A stretch of 64,000 nt of DNA from Deltaproteobacteria bacterium (GCA_022340905.1 JAJDNB010000040.1:9603-73602); one strand, 5' to 3'. Counted from the stretch's first letter, positions 48,132-58,404 are shown. Program-made: numbers and translations. The notes: generated from the sequence alone by a model not told the origin.

Positions 48132-49592
48132 ATGCAATTAAGAGCCGATGCCAGGGAAAGCATTAAACCTTTTAGATTGGTGAAGTATTTTTCATTGACC
48201 AGCCTGGTGGTGATTCTCATTCCGACCCTGTTGCTCTCCATCTTCATATCTCAGCGTGCCAAGAACGAACTTCTCAGAAAGAGCGAGCAGTACGCCCTCC
48301 TTGTTGCCACAAATTTGAACCATCAAGTTTTCACCCAATTCGTCCTGCCCACTGTGCTCAAATACGGCCAGATCCGACTTGGCGACCCTAAACAGTATGA
48401 GCGCATGGACAAGGTTGTTCGTAATACCATTCACGGATTCAATCTCTACCGGGTGGATGTGTATGACTTACATGAGATGGTTGCCTATAGTACAGACAGT
48501 TCCTTGGTTGGGCTCGCAGGCTTGGGGGGAATCGATTTCAAGTTGGCCCGCGAAGGCAAGTCTTCATCACAGCTAATCTCCCGTGGAAGTTTCCTTGGTT
48601 TCGAATTGGGCGCAGTAGCAAAGCAGAGGCAGCTGAAGACTTACATTCCATTTCGGATGGAAAGACCATTAGGGCGGGGCTATGGTCGAATATTGGGGGT
48701 TTTTGAAATTACCCAGGATATCTCTGAGGATTATTCAGCCATTACTCGTTTTCAAAACATAATTATAGCGAGCTTGATTGGGGTGATGAGCCTTCTGTTT
48801 TTTGTCTTGCGTTTCATTGTAAAACGAGGCGAAAAAATCATCGCCAAAAGAGCCGAAGAGAAACGTCGTTTAGAGGATCAACTGCATCAGGCTGAGAGGA
48901 TGGCAGTCCTAGGCAAAATGGTAGCCGGCATAAGCCATGAAATCCGGAATCCACTTGGGATCATTGGCTCTACTGCCCAGCTTCTCCATGATAAAATGGA
49001 TGAGAGCGATCCCAAAAAACAACTGGGTGAGATAATTATGGAGGAGGCGACCCGTCTCAACTCGATCGTTACAGATTTTCTGGATTTTGCCCGACCCACT
49101 ACTCCAAACTACTCCGAGTGCAGAGTAGATATGGTACTGAGAAGAAACCTGAAGTTTCTCGAAGTTGAACTGGAGCGGCGAGGCATTAGCGTGGAAGTTC
49201 TCTTTGCCGAAAATGGAAGTCCAGTTGTCGCCGATGGCGACCTTCTGTATCGCGCCTTCCTCAACATTTTCGTTAACGCCATGGAGGCGTTGGACGACGG
49301 GGGTACTATCCGGGTAGTTACTCGGTATCGAGATCACCTAGAAGATACCTTGGAGGTAATTATAATGGACACGGGCTCCGGTATTTCTCGGAATGATATA
49401 GGGAAAATATTCGATCCCTTTTATACCACCCGCAAGACCGGAACCGGCTTGGGACTTGCCATAGTCCGAAACATAATCGAGAGCCACGGTGGTACAGTCG
49501 ATATCAAGAGTCCACCACCAGAAGAGCTGGCGCAGCTAGAAAAAAAGGGAACGGCTATTATCATTTCTTTGCCTGTATACCCAGAGCTTTAG
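48132..49592 (+). CDS. Sensor histidine kinase with intact catalytic boxes
   Basis: Two TMs; H-box SHEIRNPL, N-box NIFVNAMEA, G1 DTGSGI, F-box FDPFYTT, G2 GTGLGLAI. Confidence 0.95.
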   Translation: MQLRADARESIKPFRLVKYFSLTSLVVILIPTLLLSIFISQRAKNELLRKSEQYALLVATNLNHQVFTQFVLPTVLKYGQIRLGDPKQYERMDKVVRNTIHGFNLYRVDVYDLHEMVAYSTDSSLVGLAGLGGIDFKLAREGKSSSQLISRGSFLGFELGAVAKQRQLKTYIPFRMERPLGRGYGRILGVFEITQDISEDYSAITRFQNIIIASLIGVMSLLFFVLRFIVKRGEKIIAKRAEEKRRLEDQLHQAERMAVLGKMVAGISHEIRNPLGIIGSTAQLLHDKMDESDPKKQLGEIIMEEATRLNSIVTDFLDFARPTTPNYSECRVDMVLRRNLKFLEVELERRGISVEVLFAENGSPVVADGDLLYRAFLNIFVNAMEALDDGGTIRVVTRYRDHLEDTLEVIIMDTGSGISRNDIGKIFDPFYTTRKTGTGLGLAIVRNIIESHGGTVDIKSPPPEELAQLEKKGTAIIISLPVYPEL

Positions 49593-49684
49593 GAACTACG
49601 AACAGCTGACAGTTGCCAGCGAGCAGCAAAGGATTAGTATCAGGGTATCTTGAATTACTTAGAGCAGCAGGATAGTAGATAATC

Positions 49685-51175
49685 ATGGAAACCGTTCTGA
49701 TCGTTGACGACGAAAAGAATTACCTATTGGTTTTAGAAGCTCTCCTTACCGACGCGGGTTATGAGGTGATTACCTGTGACAACGCCGGTGAGGCTCTTGA
49801 GATTACTACGAGTCATGACCTGGATCTGGTCATAACTGACATGAGGATGCCAGGTGTAGACGGGATGGAGTTTCTGGTTCAATTGAGGGGTCGTCTACCG
49901 GAGATCCCGGTGATCATGATGACCGCATATGCCACGGTGGAAAAGGCTGTAGAAGCCATGAAGAGAGGCGCCTTTGACTATATTACCAAGCCTTTCAAGA
50001 ATGAAGAACTTATACTAACCATTCGTAAAGCCCTAGAGATGCACCGCCTCAAGCGAGAGAACCGTTTGCTCAGCCAGGAACTGCAAGAGCGCTTTAAATT
50101 CGGCAACATTGTTGGTAAGAGCAAGGTTATGCAGCAGGTCTATGAGATTATCGAAAAGGTGGCTCAAACCCGGGCATCAGTGCTGGTGACTGGTGAGTCA
50201 GGTACAGGCAAGGAGCTTATCGCCAGAGCAATACATTTCAACAGCCCCAGAAGTGATAAACCGTTCATTACGGTTAACTGTTCAGCCTTACCGGAAACCC
50301 TGCTGGAAAGCGAACTCTTTGGCCACGAAAGGGGTGCCTTTACCGGGGCTGTAACCAGGCGAAAAGGTCGTTTTGAATTGGCTCATAACGGAACCTTATT
50401 CTTGGACGAAGTGGGCGATATGTCTCCTGCTCTGCAAGTGAAGTTGTTGAGAGTTCTGCAAGAAATGAGATTTGAGCGTGTGGGCGGTACTGCCACCTTG
50501 CAGGTAGATGCCCGCCTGGTAGCCGCTTCTAACCGCGATCTCAAGCGGGAGGTGGATCTCGGACGGTTCAGGGAGGATCTGTATTATCGGTTGAAAGTTG
50601 TTCATATACATGTACCCCCGCTCAGAGAACGGCGTGATGACATACCACTTTTGGTTCACCATTTTTTAAGAAAGGTGGCCAAGGCCAACGAGCTTCCAGT
50701 AAAAAATGTAAGCCATGAGGCAATTAAGTGTCTGTACCAGTATGACTGGGTTGGTAACGTCCGCGAACTAGAGAATGTCATAGAACGGGCAGTAATTCTA
50801 TGCGACGGTGATGATATTAGGACCCAGGATTTGCCTGAGGAGCTGTTCCAACATCGACTGCCAGGTATTACAGAAGGGGCCACGGCTCAAACTGAAAGTA
50901 TCTCAGACCTGGTGGGAGAGGGCGAATTTCTGCCCTATCTCGGGCTCAATCAACGGCAAATGAAAGCAATTAATTTTATAAAAAAGAACGGATTCATCAC
51001 GAACAAATACTACACGCAAATCAACTCGGTGATGAAAACGCAAGCGAAAACCGAACTGAGACAGCTCTTAGATCAGGGGCTGATCAGACGAGTTGGTAAG
51101 GGGCGAAACGTGCGCTATCTACTTCCATCACCGACCAATCGCCGACCGATTACCGACCGATTACCGACCGATTGA
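49685..51175 (+). CDS. Sigma-54-dependent response regulator (NtrC family) with atypical winged-helix C-terminus
   Basis: Receiver (VDDE, TDMRMP, TAYA, KPF), AAA+ GESGTGKE, ESELFGHERGAFTGA, FLDEVG, GNVRELEN; no Fis-type HTH. Confidence 0.95.
   Translation: METVLIVDDEKNYLLVLEALLTDAGYEVITCDNAGEALEITTSHDLDLVITDMRMPGVDGMEFLVQLRGRLPEIPVIMMTAYATVEKAVEAMKRGAFDYITKPFKNEELILTIRKALEMHRLKRENRLLSQELQERFKFGNIVGKSKVMQQVYEIIEKVAQTRASVLVTGESGTGKELIARAIHFNSPRSDKPFITVNCSALPETLLESELFGHERGAFTGAVTRRKGRFELAHNGTLFLDEVGDMSPALQVKLLRVLQEMRFERVGGTATLQVDARLVAASNRDLKREVDLGRFREDLYYRLKVVHIHVPPLRERRDDIPLLVHHFLRKVAKANELPVKNVSHEAIKCLYQYDWVGNVRELENVIERAVILCDGDDIRTQDLPEELFQHRLPGITEGATAQTESISDLVGEGEFLPYLGLNQRQMKAINFIKKNGFITNKYYTQINSVMKTQAKTELRQLLDQGLIRRVGKGRNVRYLLPSPTNRRPITDRLPTD
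51131..51174. repeat. 11-bp tandem repeat x4 (CCGACCGATTA consensus) at the regulator 3' end
   Basis: ccgaccaatcg ccgaccgatta ccgaccgatta ccgaccgattg; stop TGA at 51173-51175. Confidence 0.9.
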
Positions 51176-51466
51176 TTGCTGCCAGTCCATGCTCCTTTGA
51201 TATTAATTCTCGTGATATCAGCATATTAGAGTACTTTGCGGGGTTGGGCTATGATTCCAAGGTTCAACGAATGATTCACTCGCTCGGCAAGAGGTTCTAT
51301 GGTATTGTTATTATTTGATAATTATTTTTTTCGGTGCTCCTTGTTGAATAAAGTCAAAGCTGGTAAGAAATTTGCTAATCTAGTTAGACCGAGTAAGGAT
51401 GGTAAGGTTACCAGAATAATGAATGCCCTGCCTTCTTGACTCTTCAACTCTTTTTCTCCTTTCTCC

Positions 51467-51506
51467 GACCGTCTGGATGTGGCCCCGTCCAGACGGTCTT
51501 TTTTTT
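51467..51506 (+). terminator. Intrinsic terminator upstream of the hrcA promoter
   Basis: GACCGTCTGGA, 10-nt loop, TCCAGACGGTC, then T8. Confidence 0.85.
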
Positions 51507-51587
51507 GACTCTCGCACTCCATTGCTCTCTCGGAGCAAAAGACTCAGTTCACTCTTTGCATTTAGTCAGTTGCCCACTATTTGTTTC

Positions 51588-51616
51588 TTGACAAAGGATG
51601 TAGTGATTGCTAATTT
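51588..51616 (+). promoter_or_regulatory. Sigma70 promoter of hrcA-grpE-dnaK
   Basis: TTGACA, 17 nt, TGc-TAATTT, immediately upstream of CIRCE. Confidence 0.6.
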
Positions 51617-51617
51617 T

Positions 51618-51644
51618 TTGGCACTCTTTAGAAAGGAGTGCTAA
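51618..51644 (+). promoter_or_regulatory. CIRCE operator (HrcA binding site)
   Basis: TTGGCACTC-N9-GAGTGCTAA, one mismatch to TTAGCACTC-N9-GAGTGCTAA, 12 nt before hrcA. Confidence 0.95.
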
Positions 51645-51656
51645 TATATCTAGGCC

Positions 51657-52700
51657 ATGCCCCAATTAGTGCGAGGTGAAAGAGCTCGACGAGTACTTGA
51701 GGCGATCATTCTCGAGTACATCCGAGGTGGAGTGCCGGTAGGTTCTCGAGCCATAGCGAAACGATACGGCCTGAGTGTGAGTCCGGCTACAATCCGTAAT
51801 GTCATGGCAGACCTTGAAGAACTCGGTCTTCTCTATCAACCTCATACTTCAGCAGGGAGGATTCCCACCGAGCTTGGCCTTCGGGTCTATATTGATTCGA
51901 TCTTAAAGATTAAACAACTCAGTAACGCAGATAGAGAAAGGATAAGACGGTCCTTTAGGGGGGGAGTGGCTCAAGTTGAGGGGTTGCTCAAAGAAACCTC
52001 CAAAGTTCTTTCATCTTTCTCTAAACAGGCCGGGGTAGTTCTCACACCCAGACTGTCTCTGACGGTATTTAAGCGCATTGAGTTTGTACGGCTGAGGGCA
52101 AAGATGGTGATGACCATTCTGGTTTCTCAGGCCGGGATAGTGCATAACACGATTTTCGAAGTCGATGCAGATATTTCCCAGGAAGAGCTGGATAAGTATA
52201 GCCGCTACCTAAATGATCTGTTGCAGGATCTCACTCTCCACCAAGTTAAAGCGAGGCTTCTGGATGAGATGAGAAAAGAAAAAGTGCTGTTTGACCGCTT
52301 ATTGGCCAAGGCCTTGGAATTAAGCCAGAAAGCTTTGCAGGAGAATATAGAAGATAGCGAGATCTACATAGAGGGCAGGACAAATCTCCTTGATAATCCG
52401 GAATTTGCTGATGTTGAACAGATGAGACGCATCTTCAGTGCCTTTGAGGAAAAGAGCAAGATAATAGATCTTTTGGACAAAAGTATGTCGGCTGGGGGAG
52501 TAAACATTTTTATTGGCTCTGAGAGTGAATTGCTGGACATGGAAAGTGTGAGCTTTATTACTTCTCCCTACACGAGCGGTGATGAAATTCTGGGCACTCT
52601 CGGAGTGATTGGTCCGACGAGAATGGACTATTCTCGGATTATTCCACTCGTGGACTACACTGCCAAGCTCTTGAGCAAGATGCTGGGAGAAACGTTATAA
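51657..52700 (+). CDS. hrcA: Heat-inducible transcription repressor
   Basis: PVGSRAI, SPATIRNVMADLEELG.L.QPHTSAGRIPT..G.R.YID, GVIGPTRMDY. Confidence 0.98.
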   Translation: MPQLVRGERARRVLEAIILEYIRGGVPVGSRAIAKRYGLSVSPATIRNVMADLEELGLLYQPHTSAGRIPTELGLRVYIDSILKIKQLSNADRERIRRSFRGGVAQVEGLLKETSKVLSSFSKQAGVVLTPRLSLTVFKRIEFVRLRAKMVMTILVSQAGIVHNTIFEVDADISQEELDKYSRYLNDLLQDLTLHQVKARLLDEMRKEKVLFDRLLAKALELSQKALQENIEDSEIYIEGRTNLLDNPEFADVEQMRRIFSAFEEKSKIIDLLDKSMSAGGVNIFIGSESELLDMESVSFITSPYTSGDEILGTLGVIGPTRMDYSRIIPLVDYTAKLLSKMLGETL

Positions 52701-52823
52701 ATCTGGTTAAAGAATTTTCATATTTCTGAGCTCCTCATTTTGAGGGAATTTTATGTTGATCAGGGGGAAAGGGTCTTGACTGAACGCTAATCGTTATTAT
52801 CAGAACAAATGGGAGGTTAGAGA

Positions 52824-53528
52824 GTGGTTTCGGAAAAAGAGCGAACAGCAGAGACTCAAGAAAAGGGGAGGGAAGTACAAGAAGAGCAGAAGGAATTCAC
52901 TGCCGAGAACGTTGATAAGAATACCACGGCAGAGGATTCAGTAGAGTTTTTCGATCCCGAGAGTGCAGACAGAGATGATCTCCTGTCAAAGTACAGAGAG
53001 TTGGAGTATCAACTGAGGCAGACTGAAGAGCGGGTACTTCGCACTGCTGCTGACGCAGAAAATTTCAAAAAAAGGCTCCAGCGAGAGAAGGAGGAACAAA
53101 CTCGTTATGCCAATGAAACCCTCATGCGAGAGCTGCTACCAGTTATAGACAACCTAGAGCGGGCCCTCGAGCACTCAGCAAGCGTACCAAACCAGGAGGG
53201 GTTGCTCGAGGGACTAAAGATGACTCTCAAGGGTTTTGCTGACGCTTTGGCTAGATTTGGCTGTACACCACTTGAGACCATAGGAAAAATTTTCGACCCC
53301 AACTTCCACGAGGCGGTGTCTCAGGAGGAGAGTTCAGAAGTAGAACCTAACACCGTGCTGAGGGAGCTTCAAAAAGGTTACCTTCTAAAAGAACGTTTGC
53401 TGCGACCCGCCATGGTAATTGTCGCAAGGCCCCCCAGTAAGGCGGCCAAACATTCAGAAGAGCAAAAAGCTACCGGGACCACAAGAGCGAAACGCGGTGA
53501 GGTGAAAATACCAGTAAGGAAGGCTTAA
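52824..53528 (+). CDS. grpE: Nucleotide exchange factor GrpE
   Basis: ADAENFKKRL, LLPVIDNLERAL, FDPNFHEAV, QKGYLLKERLLRPAMV.V. Confidence 0.98.
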   Translation: MVSEKERTAETQEKGREVQEEQKEFTAENVDKNTTAEDSVEFFDPESADRDDLLSKYRELEYQLRQTEERVLRTAADAENFKKRLQREKEEQTRYANETLMRELLPVIDNLERALEHSASVPNQEGLLEGLKMTLKGFADALARFGCTPLETIGKIFDPNFHEAVSQEESSEVEPNTVLRELQKGYLLKERLLRPAMVIVARPPSKAAKHSEEQKATGTTRAKRGEVKIPVRKA

Positions 53529-53583
53529 TAAAACGGGAGATTACTAGTAAACAAAATTTGGATGGGAGATCAAGGAGGAAACA

Positions 53584-55506
53584 ATGGGAAAGATTGTCGG
53601 CATTGATTTGGGGACCACAAATTCAGTCGTTGCGGTGATGGAAGGAAAAGAGGCAAAGGTCCTCACAAATGCCGAAGGAAGCCGCACGACCCCTTCTATT
53701 GTTGCTTTCACTGAAAGTGGAGAACGTCTCTTGGGTCAAGTGGCAAAACGGCAGGCCATCACCAACCCGGAAAATACTGTCTATGCAGTAAAACGATTGA
53801 TAGGCAGAAAATACGAATCTGCCGAGGTGAAACACGACATCACTATCTGTCCCTATAAAATCGTCAGGGCCAAAAATGGAGATGCCCATATTGAAATACG
53901 CGGTAAAGAATACAGCCCGGCGGAAATCTCTGCCATGGTTCTCCAGAAGATGAAGCAGACCGCTGAAGACTATCTCGGGGAAAAAATTACCGATGCTGTT
54001 ATCACAGTCCCTGCTTACTTCAACGATAGTCAGCGCCAAGCCACCAAGGATGCAGGGAAAATTGCCGGACTGAACGTTTTGAGGATAATCAACGAGCCCA
54101 CCGCAGCGTCACTGGCCTACGGTCTGGACAAGAAAAGGGACGAGAAGATAGCCGTCTTTGACTTGGGTGGCGGAACCTATGATATTTCCATTCTGGAGAT
54201 CGGCGACGGCGTATTCGAGGTAAAGGCGACCAATGGTGACACCCATCTCGGTGGCGAGGATTTTGACCAGAGAATTATCGATTGGTTGGCCGATGAGTTT
54301 CGCAAAGACCAGGGAATCGATTTGCGAAGTGACAAGATGGCCCTGCAGCGGCTGAAGGAGGCTGCGGAGAAGGCAAAAATGGAGCTTTCCACCTCCATGG
54401 AAACCGACGTCAACCTGCCCTTTGTTACTGCCGACGCCAGCGGTCCAAAGCACCTGAACATCAAGTTGAGCAGGTCCAAAATGGAATCGATGGTGGAAGA
54501 CCTGATTGAAAAATTAGTACCCCCCATGCAAACCGCTCTCAAGGATGCTGGATTGAAGACTTCCGACATTGACGAAGTCATACTGGTAGGCGGCATGACT
54601 CGTATGCCGCGGGTGCAGCAGAAAGTGAAAGATTTCTTTGGCAAAGAGCCACACAAGGGCGTAAATCCCGACGAGGTGGTTGCCGTAGGGGCTGCCATCC
54701 AAGGCGGTGTGCTCAAAGGCGACGTGAAAGATGTTCTGCTTCTAGACGTTACCCCCTTGTCGCTGGGCATTGAAACCCTTGGCGGAGTGATGACTAGACT
54801 CATCGACAAGAACACCACCATCCCAACTCGCAAGAGCCAGATCTTTTCCACTGCCGCTGACAATCAACCGGCTGTTTCTATCCACGTTTTGCAGGGGGAA
54901 CGGGAAATGGCAGCCAACAATAAAACGCTGGGGCGCTTTGAATTAGTGGGCATTCCGCCCGCTCCGAGGGGAGTACCACAAATCGAGGTGACCTTCGACA
55001 TTGATGCAAATGGTATTGTGAACGTCTCGGCTAAGGATCTGGGTACGGGGAAAGAGCAGTCAATCCGCATAACCGCTTCCAGTGGCTTGAGTGAGGAGGA
55101 GATCGAGCAAGCCGTCAAGGAAGCGGAAATGCATGCCGAAGATGACAAGAAGAAGAGAGAACTGGTTGAGGCCAGGAACCAAGCAGACTCACTAGTTTAT
55201 CAAACCGAGAAAACGCTCAAAGAGATGGGAGACAAGGTTGATGGAGCAACCAGACAGAACATCGAGGAGCACATTCAACGGTTGAAGACGGCAATGGAAG
55301 GAGATGATGCCGAAGCCATCAAGCGGAGCTCGGAGGAATTGATGCAGGCTTCTCACAAAGTAGCGGAGGCCATGTATCAGCAGGCGACTCAGGCCGGAGC
55401 AGGTGCGGCTCAGCAGCAAACCGGTGAGGCTGCCTCGACCGCTGCTGGTAGTGAGGAAGACGTGGTGGAGGCTGAATTTGAGGAAGTTGACGACGAAAAG
55501 AAGTAA
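53584..55506 (+). CDS. dnaK: Molecular chaperone DnaK
   Basis: [42 protein letters not shown]. Confidence 0.99.
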   Translation: MGKIVGIDLGTTNSVVAVMEGKEAKVLTNAEGSRTTPSIVAFTESGERLLGQVAKRQAITNPENTVYAVKRLIGRKYESAEVKHDITICPYKIVRAKNGDAHIEIRGKEYSPAEISAMVLQKMKQTAEDYLGEKITDAVITVPAYFNDSQRQATKDAGKIAGLNVLRIINEPTAASLAYGLDKKRDEKIAVFDLGGGTYDISILEIGDGVFEVKATNGDTHLGGEDFDQRIIDWLADEFRKDQGIDLRSDKMALQRLKEAAEKAKMELSTSMETDVNLPFVTADASGPKHLNIKLSRSKMESMVEDLIEKLVPPMQTALKDAGLKTSDIDEVILVGGMTRMPRVQQKVKDFFGKEPHKGVNPDEVVAVGAAIQGGVLKGDVKDVLLLDVTPLSLGIETLGGVMTRLIDKNTTIPTRKSQIFSTAADNQPAVSIHVLQGEREMAANNKTLGRFELVGIPPAPRGVPQIEVTFDIDANGIVNVSAKDLGTGKEQSIRITASSGLSEEEIEQAVKEAEMHAEDDKKKRELVEARNQADSLVYQTEKTLKEMGDKVDGATRQNIEEHIQRLKTAMEGDDAEAIKRSSEELMQASHKVAEAMYQQATQAGAGAAQQQTGEAASTAAGSEEDVVEAEFEEVDDEKK

Positions 55507-55535
55507 TCGGCATTAGGCACTTGCTTAATTCCGCC

Positions 55536-55585
55536 AAAGGGTGCTACAAAGACCTGGTTTCAGAGGTTTCAAGCACCCTTTTTTA
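55536..55585 (+). terminator. Intrinsic terminator after dnaK
   Basis: AAAGGGTGCT...AGCACCCTTT stem with an inner AGACCT/AGGTTT stem, then TTTT. Confidence 0.7.
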
Positions 55586-55635
55586 TTTTATGGGTAGAGG
55601 GCATGGGGTTTGATATTCAGCAACGGGAAGAACCG

Positions 55636-57744
55636 ATGCAACACAGGGTAAAGATTCTCCGGGGGATAGCTCTCTGGTTGTTGCCATTCATTATCATAGG
55701 CTGCGCCCTGTTACCGCCGAAAAAAGAGGTGGCAGTTGAGGCTCCAGCTGAGGTAGGAGAAAAAGAGGCTATCCTGCAACTGGCCATGGCCGAAGAGGCC
55801 TTCAAGGCGGGCAATCTGGAGGAGGCATCCCAGCGGTACCGAGAGCTGGCTATGGCCTTTCCAGGCAGTCCTCAGGCAGCGCAGGCTTTGCTTCGACAAG
55901 GAGAAATCGACTATAGCCTGGAGAAATATGAAAAGGCTGCCTCTTGGTTTCAACAGGTAATCAAAGAGTTCCCTCTTAGATCGGAGGGAAATGAAGCCCG
56001 TCTCCGGCTGCTTCGTTGCTATCTGAAGCTGGAGCGTTTCAATGACGCAGTGGAAACAGGTAGACCTTTGATAAAATATTTGCCTGAGAAATCTCAAAAA
56101 GCTCTGGCTGCCGAGATTGTAGGTGATGCTGAGGCGGCGCGACTCAACTATGCCAAGGCACTAAAGTGGTATGTCACATCAGACGAACTTGCCGAGGGTG
56201 ACAAACGTATATTTTTGGCGGCGAAGGTGGACATCGTCCTTAAACACCTCGGCAGAGACGAGGTAGTAGCGCTGCTGGCGGAGTATCCAGAGACCTTTCC
56301 CAATCTTCAACTGCAGACCCGGCTGGTGGAAATAGACATGGAGAGCGGGCAATTTGGTGTGGCGCAGAAAAAATTACAGTCTCTCATCGAAAGGTGGCCT
56401 GAGCATCCACTTGTCGACACCTGGAAAGGGATGAGCGCAAAAATTGACGAGTGGATGCAAGTGGATATGACCGCTGTCGGCTGTGTACTACCTCTGAGTG
56501 GTCGCTATCAAGCCTATGGTGACAGGATCTTGCGGGGACTAGTAATGGCGGCCCAGGACTTTAAGAATGTTGGTGGCGATATTCAGTTGATTATCAAAGA
56601 TAGTGGCGGCGACCCAGGTGTTGCCGTTGCTGCAGTGCGTGATCTTGTCATGGATAACAAGGTTGCTGCCATCATCGGGCCCCTTAGCCGGGTTGCTGCG
56701 GAGGCCGCTGCTGAGGAAGCAGAGAAACTCTGGGTTCCCATAATAACTCTCACTCAAAAAGAGGGTGTAAGCCACATTGGCAGTTACGTATTCCGCTACT
56801 TTCTTAGCAATGAGGAACAAACAAGGGCACTGGTGGAATATGCTGTACTTGGCCTTGACTACAAACGTTTCGCCATTCTTTATCCTGATGACAGTTACGG
56901 CACCCGGCTGATGAATCTCTTTTGGGATGAACTGGATCGCTTGGGTGCAGAGGTCAGAGGAGTAGAAACCTATGATCCCTCTCAAACAGATTTTGCCGAG
57001 CAGATTAAAAAGCTGGTGGGTCTTTACTATCCTCGAGTGGAAGATGAAACCAGCGAATGGACAGAGGGAGTAAAAACTGACAAAGGCTCCTCAGCTGGCT
57101 TGAAGGGACAAGCGCCTGGAGGTCCGGGGGAGGAGGAGCTGACACCCATTGTTGATTTTGATGCCATCTTTATTCCGGACGGCTACAGTCAAGTGGGTCT
57201 CATTGCACCCCAGTTGGCATATCACGACGTCACAGGTGTGAAACTATTGGGGACGAACCTGTGGAACTCTCAGAAGTTAGTCGAGATGGCTGGACCCTAT
57301 CTTCAGGACGCTGTTTTCGTGGATGGTTTCTTCTCAGGAAGCGGCTTACCATTGACCGGCCGGTTTGTCGAAAGCTATGAGAAAACTTTTGGGGGGAAGC
57401 CTGGGTATCCTGAGGCACAGGCCTATGATACTGTGCGTCTGCTTATGGAGGCCCTCCGTCAGCCTGGGGTGACATCTCGACCTATGCTCCGCGACGCTCT
57501 CTTGGGAATACGGGCGTTGCCGGGAGTGGCGGGTATTGCCTCGGTCAGTCCAGATGGAGAGGTGAGTAAGCCCCCTTTTCTCATTACTATTTATCGGAGG
57601 CGGATGGAGGAGATCCAAGTGGATTTTGAGATGTTAGAGCAGCAGCGGCGGAGATACCTTGAATACTCCACAGGTAAAGATTTGCAGTCTACCCAAAGAC
57701 TTTCGCCTGCCTACAGTTCGCCCATGTCGTCGACTGGTCGGTAG
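55636..57744 (+). CDS. Penicillin-binding protein activator LpoA-like lipoprotein (TPR + periplasmic-binding fold)
   Basis: Lipobox IIGC, N-terminal TPRs, VGCVLPLSGRY, IIGPL, FDAIFIPD, QLAYHDV, AQAYD. Confidence 0.8.
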   Translation: MQHRVKILRGIALWLLPFIIIGCALLPPKKEVAVEAPAEVGEKEAILQLAMAEEAFKAGNLEEASQRYRELAMAFPGSPQAAQALLRQGEIDYSLEKYEKAASWFQQVIKEFPLRSEGNEARLRLLRCYLKLERFNDAVETGRPLIKYLPEKSQKALAAEIVGDAEAARLNYAKALKWYVTSDELAEGDKRIFLAAKVDIVLKHLGRDEVVALLAEYPETFPNLQLQTRLVEIDMESGQFGVAQKKLQSLIERWPEHPLVDTWKGMSAKIDEWMQVDMTAVGCVLPLSGRYQAYGDRILRGLVMAAQDFKNVGGDIQLIIKDSGGDPGVAVAAVRDLVMDNKVAAIIGPLSRVAAEAAAEEAEKLWVPIITLTQKEGVSHIGSYVFRYFLSNEEQTRALVEYAVLGLDYKRFAILYPDDSYGTRLMNLFWDELDRLGAEVRGVETYDPSQTDFAEQIKKLVGLYYPRVEDETSEWTEGVKTDKGSSAGLKGQAPGGPGEEELTPIVDFDAIFIPDGYSQVGLIAPQLAYHDVTGVKLLGTNLWNSQKLVEMAGPYLQDAVFVDGFFSGSGLPLTGRFVESYEKTFGGKPGYPEAQAYDTVRLLMEALRQPGVTSRPMLRDALLGIRALPGVAGIASVSPDGEVSKPPFLITIYRRRMEEIQVDFEMLEQQRRRYLEYSTGKDLQSTQRLSPAYSSPMSSTGR

Positions 57745-57746
57745 CA

Positions 57747-57824
57747 GGTGATAGGCAAGAGGTGATGGGTAATGGGTTGTTGCTAACCTATGACCCATAA
57801 CCCATCAGCCCCTCATCTATTCCC
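57747..57824. repeat. Palindromic heptamer element (ATGGGT(A/T) family)
   Basis: gtgatgggtaatgggtt mirrored by aacctatgacccataacccatca. Confidence 0.75.
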
Positions 57825-57866
57825 ATTTTAGACATTTTAGGCATTGAATATACTGAGGGATATCCA

Positions 57867-58151
57867 ATGAAGATTACCATTGAAGAGGTAGAACACGTTG
57901 CAAGACTTGCTCGTTTGGAAGTCAGCCCAGAGGAAAAAGAGAATCTCACCGAGCAGATGAACCGGATTTTGGACTACATGGAAAAGCTCAACGAGCTGGA
58001 TACTACGGGGGTCGATCCTACCTCACACGTGGTTGATCTGCACAATGCTTTTCGGGTAGATGCTGTCAAGAAATCCTTGCCCAGAGACCAAACACTTGAA
58101 AATGCTCCAGAGGCCAATGAAGGAGAGTTTGTCGTACCCCGAGTTATTTAG
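57867..58151 (+). CDS. gatC: Asp/Glu-tRNA amidotransferase subunit C
   Basis: EVEHVARLARL, ILDYMEKLNELDT.GV.PT, NAP...EGEFVVPRVI. Confidence 0.97.
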   Translation: MKITIEEVEHVARLARLEVSPEEKENLTEQMNRILDYMEKLNELDTTGVDPTSHVVDLHNAFRVDAVKKSLPRDQTLENAPEANEGEFVVPRVI

Positions 58152-58404
58152 GAGTACTATAGGCTATGCACTGTGCACCATTTAAGCAGGCCAGGTAAAA
58201 GCTCAGCGACTAAGCTTCAACATCCCCAGGATGGATCTCAAATCTACAGACATTTTATTTAAGGTAACTTCTTAAATATGATATATTTTCATAATCTTTT
58301 AAAATATTTATCTTTTCTATTTATATGTTCAGTGGTTGGTGCATAGCTGACAATCTAGAGGTGATTTGCCGGATGTTACTTGCACAGCGTGTTGAAGGCT
58401 AAAC

